Sequence record: SRR22947727_5188
DNA: 39,078 bases
Direction: 5' to 3' (one strand)
The notes beneath the pieces are model-generated. The model saw nothing but the letters and a program-made list of their open reading frames with translations. It was not told where the DNA came from and did not search any database. The translations under genes and the position numbers were made by a program. This document shows positions 39,077 to 39,078 of the stretch, in pieces (position 1 is the stretch's first letter; each line of letters opens with the position of its first letter).

Positions 39077-39078
39077 AT

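Larger units (their letters stand above)
36880..39078. other. Low-GC genomic island, left edge approximate, runs off the window
   Basis: Hand counts of G+C: 30/60 at 36781-36840, 14/60 at 36901-36960, 15/60 at 37021-37080. Confidence 0.8.

Noticed and set aside
36880-39078. Prophage, IS or defence island
   Set aside because: No integrase, transposase, phage or nuclease motifs; the visible genes look like outer-membrane proteins

Overview
Core-genome segment of a Bacteroidota bacterium, most likely a Flavobacteriaceae member (gldH, TAnnTTTG-type -7 promoters, typical gene order). Contents in order: recA; trhO; ricT-gldH-PBP1A; scoAB; a DUF2202-like lipoprotein; sdhCAB; ThuA-like and AraC genes divergent from hemACDEFB; an internally deleted serine hydrolase; hflX; sufABCDSE-sufT-DUF2480; thiL-brnQ; a frameshifted carboxypeptidase-regulatory-like gene; pepP; and a VPS10/BNR protein. 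A low-GC (~25%) island starts inside the 3' end of that last gene. It carries a split YjbH/GfcD-like pair behind a perfect hairpin and a gene with a Gly/Ser/Asn-rich tail. Main leads: (1) a candidate iron/heme circuit (Fur-type palindrome, Cys-Pro-containing AraC, repeats at the hemA promoter, second box at sufA); (2) tandem GGA-N5-TCC palindromes upstream of recA; (3) the island's possible surface-protein export module; (4) a structured ricT leader; (5) a -41.5 palindrome at the DUF2202-like gene. No rRNA, tRNA, CRISPR or transposase was recognised. Family calls are from motif recognition, not database searches.
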